A stretch of DNA of 64,000 nt from Candidatus Latescibacterota bacterium (GCA_965198115.1 OZ240241.1:4800001-4864000); one strand, 5' to 3'. Shown: positions 1 to 10,896, counted from the first letter of the stretch. Notes: generated by a model from the letters alone, not told the origin. Numbers and translations: made by a program.

Positions 1-184
1 CATCACACAAAGAGCAATCCGACGAGGAACCTTTCGGAACGTCAAGGATCTGATCACCTGCATCCAGAAGTTCACAGACCAATACAATCAGAACTCAAAG
101 CCTTTCGTGTGGACGGCAACCGCTGACTCGATCCTCGACAAACTCAACAGACTTCTAAAACTTATTCGCGGGACACGACACTAG
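1..184 (+). mobile_element. 3' end of IS630-family transposase (element A, runs off window start)
   Basis: Frame 2 reads ITQRAIRRGTFRNVKDL...KPFVWTATADSILDKL...GTRH*, a typical IS630 C-terminus ending at CTAG. Confidence 0.85.
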
Positions 185-1122
185 TGGTTGGTTTCATAAA
201 TATTATTACGTATGTTCTGAACATTATTTGTAGCTTATGTTCTCCTTCAAAAGGAGGAGAACAATGCCAAGACGTTCGCCTTATGTGGTGCTACTGTCTG
301 AGAAGGAACGGGTCGACCTCGAGCGAATGGCTGGACAATATACGTTACCGTATTATCAAGTGATCCGATCGAAAATCGTGCTTCTCGCCGCCGAGGGATT
401 ATCCAACAAGATTATCGCCCAACGGTTGGATGTCCCGCGTCCGATCGTAAGCAAATGGCGTAAGCGCTTTTTCGAAGAGCGTCTTTCGGGACTCGAAGAT
501 AGATCTCGTCCCGGGCGCCCGCCCGGTTTTCCCCCCTCAGGTGGTCGTTCAGATCAAGGCGCTGGCGTGTGAACTACCGAGCGAGAGCGGGATACCGCTC
601 TCGCGGTTCAGCTGTTCCGAGATTGCCGCCGAGGCAGTGCAAAGGGGCTTCGTTGCCAAGATCAGCGGCGCCACTGTCTGGCGCTGGTTGAACGAGGACG
701 CGATTCGTCCTTGGTATCATCGCTCCTGGATTTTCCCACGGGACCCGGACTTCCAAACCAAAGCAGGTAGAGTCCTTGATCTGTATCACCGCCAATGGCA
801 AGGAAAGCCTTTAGGGCCGAGGGAATATGTACTTTCTGCCGACGAAAAGACCAGTATTCAAGCACGAGCTCGCAAGCACGTTACCCTACCGCCAGCCTCG
901 AACAGAGCGGCACGCGTTGAAACACGAATACGAGCGGAAAGGAGCCCTGGCCTATCTGGCTGCTCTCGACGTGCACAATGGTCGAATCTTCGGTCTCTGT
1001 GAGTCTTCTTCGGGTATCGAGCCCTTCAACCGGCTCCTGAGCCTGATCATGAGCAGGAAACCCTATTGCTCGGCAAAGAAAGTCTACCTCATCGTGGATA
1101 ATGGCTCCTCGCACCGAGGGCA
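184..1122 (+). mobile_element. IS630-family element B, 3'-truncated copy
   Basis: Near-identical to 38683-39944 up to ...GCACCGAGGGCA. HTH ORF 237-572, TTTTCCCCC slippery junction, ADEKT and VDNGSSH DDE motifs. Confidence 0.9.
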
Positions 1123-1210
1123 GGTGGGCTGGAACCTCTTCCGAGTTGTGGCCTCGACGGTCGCGTTCGGTTGCCTCGCATGGGCCCTGGTGTTGCACGG
1201 GCGCTCATAG
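1123..1210 (+). pseudogene. C-terminal remnant of DUF1772/anthrone oxygenase-like membrane protein, fused to the truncated IS630
   Basis: VGWNLFRVVASTVAFGCLAWALVLHGRS* resembles the DUF1772 C-terminal W-N-xxR helix. Confidence 0.5.
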
Positions 1211-1354
1211 CCCGGAGGATGCGGTAGCTAAGGTGTTAGTCAGGCAACTCTCAGGGGCCGGAGCCCGTCTTTTCTGGCCCTTTTCGTCACCTGTCGGGGA
1301 CTCTTCGGTCTCGCTTCGTTTCTCATCAAGCAACGCACCCGAGAAATCAGCTGG

Positions 1355-1441
1355 GGCGGGTCCGTTGACGTGAAGAGCGAGGCAGGCAAGGGCAGCACGT
1401 TTACGGTGCGGGTGCCGGTAGAATATCAAGAGTCTATCTGA
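1355..1441 (+). pseudogene. C-terminal remnant of a sensor histidine kinase HATPase domain
   Basis: Reads GGSVDVKSEAGKGSTFTVRVPVEYQESI*, the canonical HK C-terminal motif. No upstream frame. Confidence 0.7.
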
Positions 1442-1539
1442 GCCACTCCCTGCGATGCAACGGGGATCGAGCGGGTAGATAGAAGAAACGGGTCCCTCAT
1501 TTCGTTTTGGAACCCGGTCTCCAGTTCGGTGAGGTCAGA

Positions 1540-2661
1540 ATGAAAGTGACATCGGTCGACGTTCTGCAGTGCGAAGGGGGTACTCGCACGTTGAACTTCG
1601 TGAAGGTCCAGACCGACGCCGGTCACACGGGCTGGGCGGAGTGCAATTGCATGCGGTCGGACCCGATGCTCAAGCCCGCGATCGAACACATAGGCTCCCT
1701 TGTCGTCGGCAGGAATCCATTCCAGATCGAGTGCATCCAACTGGATCTCTACCGCACCACCCAACGACAGATTGGCGGCGTCGCACACCAGGCCATTTCG
1801 GCCATTGACGCTGCCCTTCTTGACATCAAGGGCAAAGCCCTCGGCGTCCCCGTCTACGACCTCTTCGGGGGTCTGGTCAACGAGCGGATTCGCTGCTACT
1901 ACACCCACTGCGGCCGTCCGGAACCCCGGAATCCGGATGCACCCCCTGTCCGATCCCTCGCCGACATCCCCGCCTGCGCCGACTATGTCCGAAGTCTCGG
2001 GTTCCGCGACATCAAGGTGAACTACCCCCGCACGCCCGATGATAGCGGCGGCGACATTTCACCGGGCACGCTGGACGGCGTCGTGCAGTATATCGGTACC
2101 TGGCAGGAAGCGTTGGGCCCCGGATGCAGCATCGCCTTGGACGTTGCATTCTCCTACAAGCTGGTAGGCATCCGCAAGCTCGCCAAGGTGCTCGAGCCGT
2201 TCAACATGCTCTGGCTCGAGGCGGAAACGCTCGATCCTGTTGCCCTCAGGTCCGTCAGGGAGTCCACGTCCACACCCATCTGCATCGGCGAGAGCTTCTA
2301 TCGTAAGCAGGGCTTCAAAGCCTTCTTTGAAAACCACGCCTTCGACTACGTCATGCCCGACACGGTCTGGAATGGAATCACCATGGGCAAGAAGGTCGCC
2401 GATTACGCGAACACCTACGACATCATGTTCGCGCCCCACAATTCCCACGGCTGCCTCGCCGGATGGCAGGCCGCGCATCTGTGTGCCACGCTCGAGAACT
2501 TTAAAATCCTCGAGTACGAGCAAGACGACATGCCCTGGCGCAACGAGATTGTCACGCATCCCACTGTAATCGTCGACGGTTACATTGAAATGTCGGATCG
2601 CCCGGGGCTGGGGTGCGACGTTATCGAGGAAAAGGTCGCGGAACACCCGCCCCAGGCTTGA
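1540..2661 (+). CDS. Mandelate racemase/muconate lactonizing enzyme family protein (galactonate dehydratase-like)
   Basis: AISAIDAALLDIKGKALGVPVYDLFGG, D/E/E metal ligands, APHN motif, DRPGLG. GAGG RBS before ATG 1540. Confidence 0.9.
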   Translation: MKVTSVDVLQCEGGTRTLNFVKVQTDAGHTGWAECNCMRSDPMLKPAIEHIGSLVVGRNPFQIECIQLDLYRTTQRQIGGVAHQAISAIDAALLDIKGKALGVPVYDLFGGLVNERIRCYYTHCGRPEPRNPDAPPVRSLADIPACADYVRSLGFRDIKVNYPRTPDDSGGDISPGTLDGVVQYIGTWQEALGPGCSIALDVAFSYKLVGIRKLAKVLEPFNMLWLEAETLDPVALRSVRESTSTPICIGESFYRKQGFKAFFENHAFDYVMPDTVWNGITMGKKVADYANTYDIMFAPHNSHGCLAGWQAAHLCATLENFKILEYEQDDMPWRNEIVTHPTVIVDGYIEMSDRPGLGCDVIEEKVAEHPPQA

Positions 2662-2968
2662 CAGCGAAACCTGATCTTCAGCCAATGATTCCGGAGGCGG
2701 ATAGGATGACTAGTGGCCTGTCAGGTAAGTCTCCCTGCAGAATGGACAGAGGCAGGGTCACTTCGAGCGGAGTCGAGAAGTCCCTGTTCGCCCATCGTAA
2801 TGGGCGTGTGTTCTCGACTCGCGCTCGAACTGACGCCGCGAGGAACGATGCCAAAAAAGGACGGTATGACCTCCGTTACAGCCCACTAGAATGGGCCTAC
2901 CTGCCCGGAGATAGCGGAGACCGGGTCTGGTGCGGGTTAGTGGATCACACAGCACAGATGGACATCCG

Positions 2969-3754
2969 ATGATCACACCAGAGCAGAAAACATACTTCGA
3001 TACGTTCGGGTTCATCCGCCTGCCCAAGCAGTTCTCCACGAGGGAAACGGAGACCTTCACTCGTGAAGCAGACAAGCTATTTGAGGAGCACCGGGACGGA
3101 CGGCCCTTCGGTGAGGAGGGCCAGCACATCCAGGAGTTCATGGAGAAAAGCCCCGCCCTGATCCGGTTCCTCGAGCACGACCGAATATGGTGCACGGTCG
3201 AGGCACTGCTCGGGCCACGGTTTCTGTGGAACGGGTCCGAGGGCAATGTGACCGTCCGCTCTGAGCACGGCTGGCATACAGACCGTCCCAACGAGCCCCA
3301 CGCCACCACGTACAGCTTCCACCTCTACCTAGATCCTGTCAGGGCGGATACGGGCTGCCTTCGCGTGATCCCCGGTTCTCACCGCCCTCCGCTGCACGAC
3401 GCCCTCTTCCCCATCAACGCCCAGAAACCGGACAGCACCCTGACGACCTATGGGCTGAGCGGACCGGATATGCCCTGCCACGTGCTGGAGTCTGACCCGG
3501 GCGACATCGTCTTTTTTCATCAGAAGATCTATCACGGGGTCTACGGCGCCCAACCCGGTCGACGCTACCTCAAACTCAGGTTTGTCGCGTGGCCCGAGAC
3601 GGACGAGCAGATCGCCTCGCTGATGCGTTACAACAAGAGGGGCCGTATCTACCAGCCGGATGATGCGCTTCTGAACAGCGACCGTCCGCGAATTAGGGCA
3701 ATGATCGACCCCCTGTTGGAACTGACCGAACGGACTAGAGGCTGGAACGCATGA
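2969..3754 (+). CDS. Phytanoyl-CoA dioxygenase (PhyH) family 2OG-Fe(II) oxygenase
   Basis: FDTFGF, WHTD, GCLRVIPGSH, GDIVFFH..HG motifs. Confidence 0.9.
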   Translation: MITPEQKTYFDTFGFIRLPKQFSTRETETFTREADKLFEEHRDGRPFGEEGQHIQEFMEKSPALIRFLEHDRIWCTVEALLGPRFLWNGSEGNVTVRSEHGWHTDRPNEPHATTYSFHLYLDPVRADTGCLRVIPGSHRPPLHDALFPINAQKPDSTLTTYGLSGPDMPCHVLESDPGDIVFFHQKIYHGVYGAQPGRRYLKLRFVAWPETDEQIASLMRYNKRGRIYQPDDALLNSDRPRIRAMIDPLLELTERTRGWNA

Positions 3755-3912
3755 GACACAGACCGTACAGTTAGACCGGGCACATTGGCGAGCGTATGCT
3801 GACGCATCAAGTTGCGTCAGACGACTTTCGGTCAGTTTTGTATCATGTGGTGGAATACACGGTCGGGAACAGAATCAGGTGGCTCAAGCACGGTGTAGAA
3901 AGGACTGTGGAG

Positions 3913-4275
3913 ATGAGCAAGAGAGTGCTGGTAGCTGAAGATGAAGAACCCATTCGGGAGATGATTTCCGAGATGCTGGAACGTGCTGGCTACGAGGTCG
4001 AGACAGCCTCGGACGGACCGACTGCGTTCAGTCGAATACGGGGCGGTTCGTCCGATCTCGTCCTGTTGGACGTATGGATGTCGGGGGAAACGGGTCTCCA
4101 GGTATTGGAAGCCCTGGAAGCTGGAGGGGAAGAGACACCGAGGACCATCCTGATCACCGGCGATGACAGGCAGGAAACACGCCAACAGGCAGAACAGCTC
4201 AAGGCATATCGCTTCCTGGAGAAACCGTTCCAGCCGAAGGCGCTTCTGTCGGCAGTGGAGGAAGCACTCGCGTAA
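3913..4275 (+). CDS. Single-domain response regulator (CheY-like receiver)
   Basis: VLVAEDE, LVLLDVWM, ILITG, FLEKPF. GGAG RBS. Confidence 0.92.
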   Translation: MSKRVLVAEDEEPIREMISEMLERAGYEVETASDGPTAFSRIRGGSSDLVLLDVWMSGETGLQVLEALEAGGEETPRTILITGDDRQETRQQAEQLKAYRFLEKPFQPKALLSAVEEALA

Positions 4276-4355
4276 TCGTCCGACAACGTGATTCCAACGT
4301 ATGAATCTCGGCAAGTTTTAGGACAGCTGTCCCACGACGACACGAGGACTTTACG

Positions 4356-5305
4356 ATGGACCGACAGAGCGTAGGCCTGGCGAAAGGTACGGATCGACGC
4401 GAGAACGTTTCCGGGCAATGGATCTCGTACGGGCAGACTTATCTCCCAAGCTTCGCCACGAGGTGATGCTCAAACCCAATTTCCTGACGAGCAAGAATCA
4501 GCTGGCGAGCACACACGTGGACGCGATCAGGGGTGCCATCGATTTCCTGATGTCCTGTCCTGACCGCCCAGAGAGAATCCTGGTTGCCGAAGGCGGAAAC
4601 GAGGATCGATCTGGGGAAGCGTTCGACAACTTTGGCTACGGGAAGCTGGTGGAGGAGTATGACGCCCCGATCGAGCTGGTCGACCTCAACCTCGAGACAT
4701 CGTGGGAAACGGTCGACATCTTTCTGAAAGACCGGTCAAGCTACACCGTTCACGTGCCACGAACCGTTCTCGACTGTCCTTGCACCATCTCTGTAGCGGT
4801 CGCCAAGACCCACAACGTTTGCTGCGTGACGCTTGCCGTGAAGAACATGATCATGGGAACGATCCGGAAACAGGATCGGAGTAAGATGCACGGAAATCCT
4901 GGAGAAGGCGATTTCGACACAACGGACGAGGCTCGGTGCCTGAACATCAACCTGATTCGCCTCGCACGCTATCTCACACCGGATATCGGCGTGATAGATG
5001 GAACGGTCGGTTTGCAGGGCAACGGTCCCGGCGGTACGGACTAGATCCCACTCGGCGTGGCTGGTGCAAGCTCGGATCCCTTCGCTGTGGATGCGGTACT
5101 CGCGAAAGCGATGGGCTTCGAGCCGATGGGATTGGGGCTGCTCTCCTACGCACACGATCTGGGAATAGGCATCACAGACCTCGACCGGATCGATATCCTC
5201 GGTAGTCCCCTCGAGACGGTCTCCCGTGAATTCAAACCTCACGAAACCAACGATCTACAGCTCCAATGGCAGGATCAGGAAGCGGATCGGTTTCTGTCGG
5301 TCTAG
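4356..5305 (+). pseudogene. DUF362 domain protein with a frameshift near 4408 and an in-frame TAG at 5042-5044
   Basis: ATG 4356 with GAGGA RBS. MLKPNF, VAEG, KTH..TLAVKN, GNGP, DPFAVDAV motifs. ORFs 4418-5044 and 5057-5305 are in the same frame. Confidence 0.8.
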
Positions 5306-5392
5306 TACCACCGTATCACCAGAGTGCGACAGAGTTGCACCTGTGCCAGACGACGCAGGTTGGGAAACCGTCCTGGAGGACTACGTGCTAAC

Positions 5393-7371
5393 TAAACCTT
5401 GGTAAGCCCCCGGCTCTGCCGGGGAGACTCCCAGAGTTTGACAGTTCCAGAAATATGTAAGAGCCTCCCTTGCCGTGGACCGCTCAAAGCACACGGAAGG
5501 AAGGCTCTCGAGCTCAGGTCAATAGGTGTGTAAAAGAAATCAGGCGGCCATCTTCCCGGCTTCGACCTGCGGTCCGGTTGAGTGTTTCTGATCGTAGACT
5601 TGTTGTAGCAAGTGTGGCGCGGTGAGTTTCCTGAATCGGCTCTCTGCGACCTTGAGCGTACGCCAGATGAGAGCCGTGGCGTTCCTGACTTTCTTGAATC
5701 GCCTGGCGGCGTTTGTGCGAAGCCGAACGGAAGCAAAGGGGCTCTCGACGACGTTCGTGGTTCTCAGGTGTTTCCAGTGTTCCTTCGGGAAGTCGTAGAA
5801 CGTGACCATCCGATCCCAGTTTCTTTCGAGCGTCTCCACGGCGGCAGGGAACTGTGAGCGATACCGTGCGGCAAAGCGTTTCCGGAGCTTCTCGGCCTCC
5901 TTTTTCGTGCCGGCATAGGGGATCTGGACGAGCAGTGCGCGGGCTTCAGCCTGTGCACGCTTGGCGACCTTGTCGAGCACGTTGAGGATCTTGTGGTTCC
6001 AGCACCGTTGTTGCCGGCTCTCTGGCCAGACCTGATCAACGGCCGCCCAGATGCCCATATTCCCGTCCGCGGCGATCAGGACAGGATGTTCGAGCCCGCG
6101 ATCCCGGAGATCCCGGAGCACCGTGAGCCAGGATTCTGTAGACTCTCGATAACCGGGTTCTATCGCCAGGATCTCCTTGCTGCCGTCGCTCATCGCGCCG
6201 ATCACGACCAGCAGACACGCCTTCTCGCGCTCGAGCCCGGCTTTGACGTAGATGCCATCAGCCCAGGCGTAGACCAGTTCGCGATTATCCAGACGCCTTT
6301 CTTTCCAGTCCTGGAAGTCGACCTCCCACTTCCCTCGAAGACGAGCGATCGAGGTCGGCGAAAGCGGCGCGCCATCACCGAGCAGCGCACGCAAAGACAA
6401 CTCGAAGTCGCCCTGGGAGAGACCGTGGAGATAAAGGTCGGGAAGCAGATCTCCAATGGCCCTGGTTCTCCGGGCGAACAGGGGGAGGATGCGGCTTTCA
6501 AACCGCTCTTCCAGACCACGAACCCGGGGACGCCGGACCTTGATCGTTCCGCAGCTCGTCGAGAGACGCCGGGGCTTGCCGTAGCCGTTCCTGTAGCCCC
6601 TGGAGCTATCGACCTCGGCTCGGCGCTCATACCACGACCGGCCCAAGAACGCGGTCGCCTCCTCCTCCAGAATGGACTGGAACCGGCCCTGGATCTCTTC
6701 ACGGATCCAATCGTCAACCGTCTCCCACGTCGGCATGGACTTCAATGGGGCTCTATGCGTATGTTCCTTCACGGCGATCCTCCTTCCCAACCGGGCCTCT
6801 CACCCGGTTTTGTGTGAATCAACTATCTCACGGGAAGGGTAGGGTCGCCCTTTCTCTTTTTCCACACCTTTTGATTATAGCTCGTATGGGAGTGCAAGTA
6901 TGACGTTGTTTGGGTTCGGAAGTATCGTAGAAAAGTGTTGTATGGTGAAATTCGTCGCTATCTGGGCGAGGTGATTCGGGATCTGGCCGCACAGAAGGAA
7001 TGCCGTGTGGAAGAGGGTCACCTGCGATCCGACCATGTGCACACGCTGATTTCGATCCCGCCGAAGCACTCAGTAGCTCAGACGGTAGGGTTCATCAAAG
7101 GAAAGAGTGCGATTCACATTGCTCGGAACTATCTGGGACGCAGGTCGAACTTCACCGGGCAGCATTTCTGGGCAAGAGGCTACTGGGTCTCCACCGTTGG
7201 CAAGGATGAACAGACGGTTCGGGAGTATATCCAGAACCAGGAGCGGGAGGACCGGCGTCTCGACCAGCTCAACATTTTCAGGTAATCGCCACCTTTAGGT
7301 GGCGCTTGGTTTCCAACCGCTTTGAGCGGTTCACAAGTTTTCAAGCCTCCGGCTTTGCCGGAGGTCATGAC
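5393..7371 (+). mobile_element. tnpA: IS200/IS605-family (tnpA only) copy 1, disrupted by IS256
   Basis: Y1 HUH motif DHVH and FWARGY. Subterminal hairpins CCCCGGC..GCCGGGG and CCTCCGGC..GCCGGAGG. Matches 30012-30648 but the start codon region is deleted. Confidence 0.92.
5510..6883 (-). mobile_element. IS256-family element copy 1 (transposase 5540-6790)
   Basis: YRNGY, WADG, QRCWNHK, LRTTNVVES motifs. Imperfect IRs GAGCTCAGGTCAATAGGTGTG / GAGCTATAATCAAAAGGTGTG. Confidence 0.95.
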
Positions 7372-8801
7372 TCTCCCAAAGTTCTGTTTGGGGGTCGAAG
7401 TGGCTGATGCCGTTGTCAGTGGCGACCCAGACCGTGCCGTCCGCGTCGGGAAGGACCTCCCGCGAGGTTTCGCTGGCCAGACCATCACGCATCCTGTAGG
7501 TTCGCCAAGCTGCCTGACCTGAACCGGCATACGACCTGTATCGCGAGACACCCAGGCCGCCAGCACCCACGTACGTGCACCACAGATCCGAACCGACTAC
7601 CTGAAATCCCCTTGCCTTATTGCCCGGAAATCCTTCCTCGTAGCTCGACCAGGCGGTGCCGGTGAACCAGCTCATGCCGTTGAGCGTGCCGGCCCAGATA
7701 GTGCCGTCGGATGACTGACCGAAGCCGTAGATCCGATTGTGGAGGAGGCCATCATCCGTGGTGTAATGGGTCCAGGGAGTCTGCCCTGAGTCTGCCGAAG
7801 GGTCGAAATGCATCACACCATCGCCGACCAGGCCCTTTCCAGCCCGGGCCAGACATTGGTGCCGAACCAGATGTCTCCGCTGGCTACAACGAAAGGAGAA
7901 TGGAGTCGCTCGGCATCAACGCCAGGGTCCAGAACCTGCCAGGACTGTCCATCGTAACGGCTGACCGCTGCCTTTCCGTCCCTGCTGCCGGCCACCCAGA
8001 AGGTGCTGTCAGTGGGGTGATAAGTCAGACCCAAACTGCCTCTGATAGCACTACTTGAGCCAATCGACAGGCGCTGGAGACCCATGTCAGATGCTGTGTG
8101 GGTCTCCCACCGACCTGCCACGTGCCTACACCATCCTCTTGATTGAGCCCCGAGGAACCACACTGAGCCGTCGTCGGTGGCTGTCATAGCCCCGTAGGGG
8201 GGGTCGAGCAGTCCTTCCGTGGGTCCGTAGAGCACCCAGTTCTTGCCGTCGTAGCGAACTGGACCGTCGTCGGTCACGAACCATGTGGAGCCGTCCGGTG
8301 CGCGATGACCACCCCCAAGCGCACGACCTACATCAAATCGCGTGCGGAAGTGCTCCCGAACCCGAATCCGGTATGCGTGAGGGCGTTGGTAGGGAGATAG
8401 CCACAACGAGCCGCTGCGGCTTAAGCGGGCGTAGAGGGCCCCGCTTGGCTTTAGGGCAGAATCCACAACCCGCCAGCCCTCGCCAGTAAAGGTCACAATG
8501 TCGCCGTTCGTGCTGACCGACAAGATTCGTCTGTCCGGCGTCTCCCAGACGGAGAGGTGCTTCACATCGGCGAGACCATCCGCAGACCGGTATACGGTCC
8601 ATCCATCATCCTTATACCGAACGATGGCCGGCACGTCCCAGGATGTGGCCCAAACCGACCCATCTGACGTTTGAACGACCTCGACGTAGACGAGACCAGG
8701 AAGGCCCTGCTCCGGACCGAACACCGACCATTCGCCGCCACGGTAGCGGAGCAGTCCCTGCCCCTTCGAAGGGGAATTATAACTAATCGTAACCAAAACG
8801 C

Positions 8802-8830
8802 TTGACTTTCGTATTCCCTGTGGTTACTAT
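8802..8830 (+). promoter_or_regulatory. Sigma70-like promoter of the IS1595 transposase
   Basis: TTGACT-17 nt-TACTAT, 36 nt upstream of ATG 8867. Confidence 0.6.
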
Positions 8831-8866
8831 TAGTATATAAATCAACCACAAATCAAGGGGGATACG

Positions 8867-9799
8867 ATGGCCAAGTCAGGACCAGGCAAGCACTTCAGGA
8901 AGGGACTTTCGCTGTTGGAGGTCATGCAGATGTTCCCCGACAATACATCGGCAGAGGAATGGATTGCACAATGCCGTTGGGACGGCGAACCCGCTTGTCC
9001 GCATTGCGGGGGTGTCAACGTTCAAACCGGCGCGAAGCATCCGAGCCAGCCCTACCGGTGCCGCGAGTGTCGGAATTTCTTCAGTGTAAAGACGGGCACC
9101 GCGATGGCGGGGAGCAACCTGGGTTATCAGGTGTGGGCGATCGCCGTCTACCTGCTGGCTACGGGCCTAAAGGGCCAAGCGTCCATGAAGCTGCACCGCG
9201 ATCTTGATATTTCACAGAAAGCCGCATGGTTTCTGGCGCACCGGCTACGGGAGACGTGGGATGATCGCAAAGCGCAGTTCAACGGGCCGGTGGAAGCCGA
9301 TGAGTGCTACATCGGTGGGGTTGAAAAGAACAAGCATATGAACATGCGGGCCAATCTGGGCCGGGGTCCGAGCGGGAAGACGGCCATCGTCGGAATGAAG
9401 GATCGGGCAACCGGCAAGGTGGCCGCCCGTTTGGTTGAATCGACCGACAGACTGACGCTGCAAGGCTTTGTGCAGAACAATGTTGTGGAGGGTGCGAAGG
9501 TCTACACGGACGAATCGGCGGGCTACAAAGGGCTGGCGAATCACGAGACAGTCAAGCACTCTGTGTCCGAGTATGTGAATGGCCAAGCGCACACGAACGG
9601 CGTGGAGAGTTTCTGGGCACTCCTCAAGCGTGGCTATCACGGCACCTACCATCGTATGAGCCCCAAGCACTTACAGCGCTACGTCAACGAGTTCAGCGGG
9701 CGTCACAACATCCGACTGCTCGATACCGTCCACCAGATGCGGGCTATCATCCGTGGTCTCGAAGGCAAGCGGCTTCGTTACCGGGAGCTTACGGCGTGA
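8867..9799 (+). CDS. IS1595-family transposase (zinc ribbon + DDE)
   Basis: CPHCG..CREC, VEADE, VYTDE, HTNGVESFW..LKRG, KHLQRYVNEF. Confidence 0.97.
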   Translation: MAKSGPGKHFRKGLSLLEVMQMFPDNTSAEEWIAQCRWDGEPACPHCGGVNVQTGAKHPSQPYRCRECRNFFSVKTGTAMAGSNLGYQVWAIAVYLLATGLKGQASMKLHRDLDISQKAAWFLAHRLRETWDDRKAQFNGPVEADECYIGGVEKNKHMNMRANLGRGPSGKTAIVGMKDRATGKVAARLVESTDRLTLQGFVQNNVVEGAKVYTDESAGYKGLANHETVKHSVSEYVNGQAHTNGVESFWALLKRGYHGTYHRMSPKHLQRYVNEFSGRHNIRLLDTVHQMRAIIRGLEGKRLRYRELTA

Positions 9800-9843
9800 G
9801 CGACCCCAAAGCGCACGTTCGACACCTTTATGGAGGTCAGAAA

Positions 9844-10356
9844 ATGAAGCCAATGACTCAACTTATTCATGGAATTGAGGAAAAAGACAAACTCTTTTTC
9901 GGCTTATCGGACACACTCGACGTCAAAGCAAGCGTTTCATTGATTCTGATCACGTTTCTGTCTGCACAAACCGCTTATTTTCTTAACCTCGACACTGCAC
10001 ACGCAGTTGTATTATTTTCCCAAACTCTTTCTGCAATAGTTCTTAGTGTGGGCGGAGTTCTGGCACTGAGTATTCTCTGGCCACGCTACCATGAGACCGA
10101 AAGCATAGAGAAAATGGATCTCTGGTATCAAGAACTAAAAAAGTGTTTTGAAGGTGAAGCGGAGGCCGACCAAAAAACTAATGAACTGTTTGAACGTGGA
10201 AGGTTCGATGGTCTGAAGAAACAAGTAAGCCATAACCGCTCCATCGTTAGACGGAAAGCAAGCCTCGCCGAGTGGTGCTATCGATGTATAGTGCTCTCTG
10301 TTGTGTTAAATATCGCGTGCTTTCTCTTACACTTCGCTAACCGAAACCTTTCTTGA
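9844..10356 (+). CDS. Three-TM membrane protein, Pycsar-effector (DUF5706)-like, IS1595 cargo
   Basis: GGAGG RBS. LDVKAS+TM1, TM2 ending LWPR, NRSIVRRK before TM3. Lower GC than host genes. Confidence 0.6.
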   Translation: MKPMTQLIHGIEEKDKLFFGLSDTLDVKASVSLILITFLSAQTAYFLNLDTAHAVVLFSQTLSAIVLSVGGVLALSILWPRYHETESIEKMDLWYQELKKCFEGEAEADQKTNELFERGRFDGLKKQVSHNRSIVRRKASLAEWCYRCIVLSVVLNIACFLLHFANRNLS

Positions 10357-10468
10357 CTTGTTCTGGCGGCGGAGGCGTCGGCGATGGCGTGGGCGCAGGC
10401 GCAGGCGCAGGCGCAGGCGCAGGCGGTGGTTCATTCTGTTTTTCGTCGTTGTTTTTTTCGTCAGCCAT
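10337..10468 (-). CDS. 43-aa proline-rich micro-protein, convergent with and overlapping the TM gene
   Basis: MADEKNNDEKQNEPPPAPAPAPAPAPTPSPTPPPPEQVKKGFG*. Below the ORF-track cutoff. Confidence 0.55.
   Translation of the reverse strand: MADEKNNDEKQNEPPPAPAPAPAPAPTPSPTPPPPEQVKKGFG
10394..10423. repeat. (CGCAGG)5 hexanucleotide tandem repeat encoding (PA)5
   Basis: Directly visible. Confidence 0.9.
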
Positions 10469-10559
10469 TTGAGTTCTTTCTGTGGAGGTTAATTATGGAC
10501 GATTCATCTACTGTCAAGTCTGACAGGGAAGATTTATGGGAATGCGCGTAGATAAGGGC

Positions 10560-10772
10560 TTAAGGGGATTGGCGTCGGCTTCGATATTTTCCAGTCTTTA
10601 ACTGAAATGTGTTACGTGATACATTTTGGATGTTCTTTCCCTTCGCGCGGGCACTACCGATTCGACCGCGCACTTGGTTTGTCGACAATCCCATTTCTTT
10701 TGCCAGATCCTTGACGTGTGCACCATTTGGATATTTCGCGAATAACTCGATAAGGTCGTGGTAACTCTGCAT
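10560..10772 (-). CDS. Small winged-HTH protein (70 aa), IS1595 cargo
   Basis: HVKDLAKEMGLSTNQVRGRI HTH pattern. GAGG RBS. Confidence 0.65.
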   Translation of the reverse strand: MQSYHDLIELFAKYPNGAHVKDLAKEMGLSTNQVRGRIGSARAKGKNIQNVSRNTFQLKTGKYRSRRQSP

Positions 10773-10848
10773 GCATACCTCTATCGCTACAAGACTTTCA
10801 ATATGGGGTTGCTTTGCATAAACAGCCCGGCAGGATGGCAGGCTGCCG

Positions 10849-10872
10849 ATATGATCCCATATGAGATCATAT
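10849..10872. promoter_or_regulatory. Palindrome ATATGATC-N8-GATCATAT, candidate operator
   Basis: Perfect 8-bp inverted repeat upstream of the divergent HTH gene. Confidence 0.4.
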
Positions 10873-10896
10873 TCTGGACCCTAAGAAAGAAAGCCA

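Noticed and set aside
5042-5044. TAG recoding (pyrrolysine or alternative genetic code)
   Set aside because: TAG is the normal stop of aceE, prpC, the AKR and others here, and the same gene has a second lesion.
5993-6817. 274-aa ORF (repeated at 22571-23395) and similar shadow ORFs opposite aceE, DHDPS and CocE
   Set aside because: Antisense shadows typical of GC-rich coding DNA, with no motifs.
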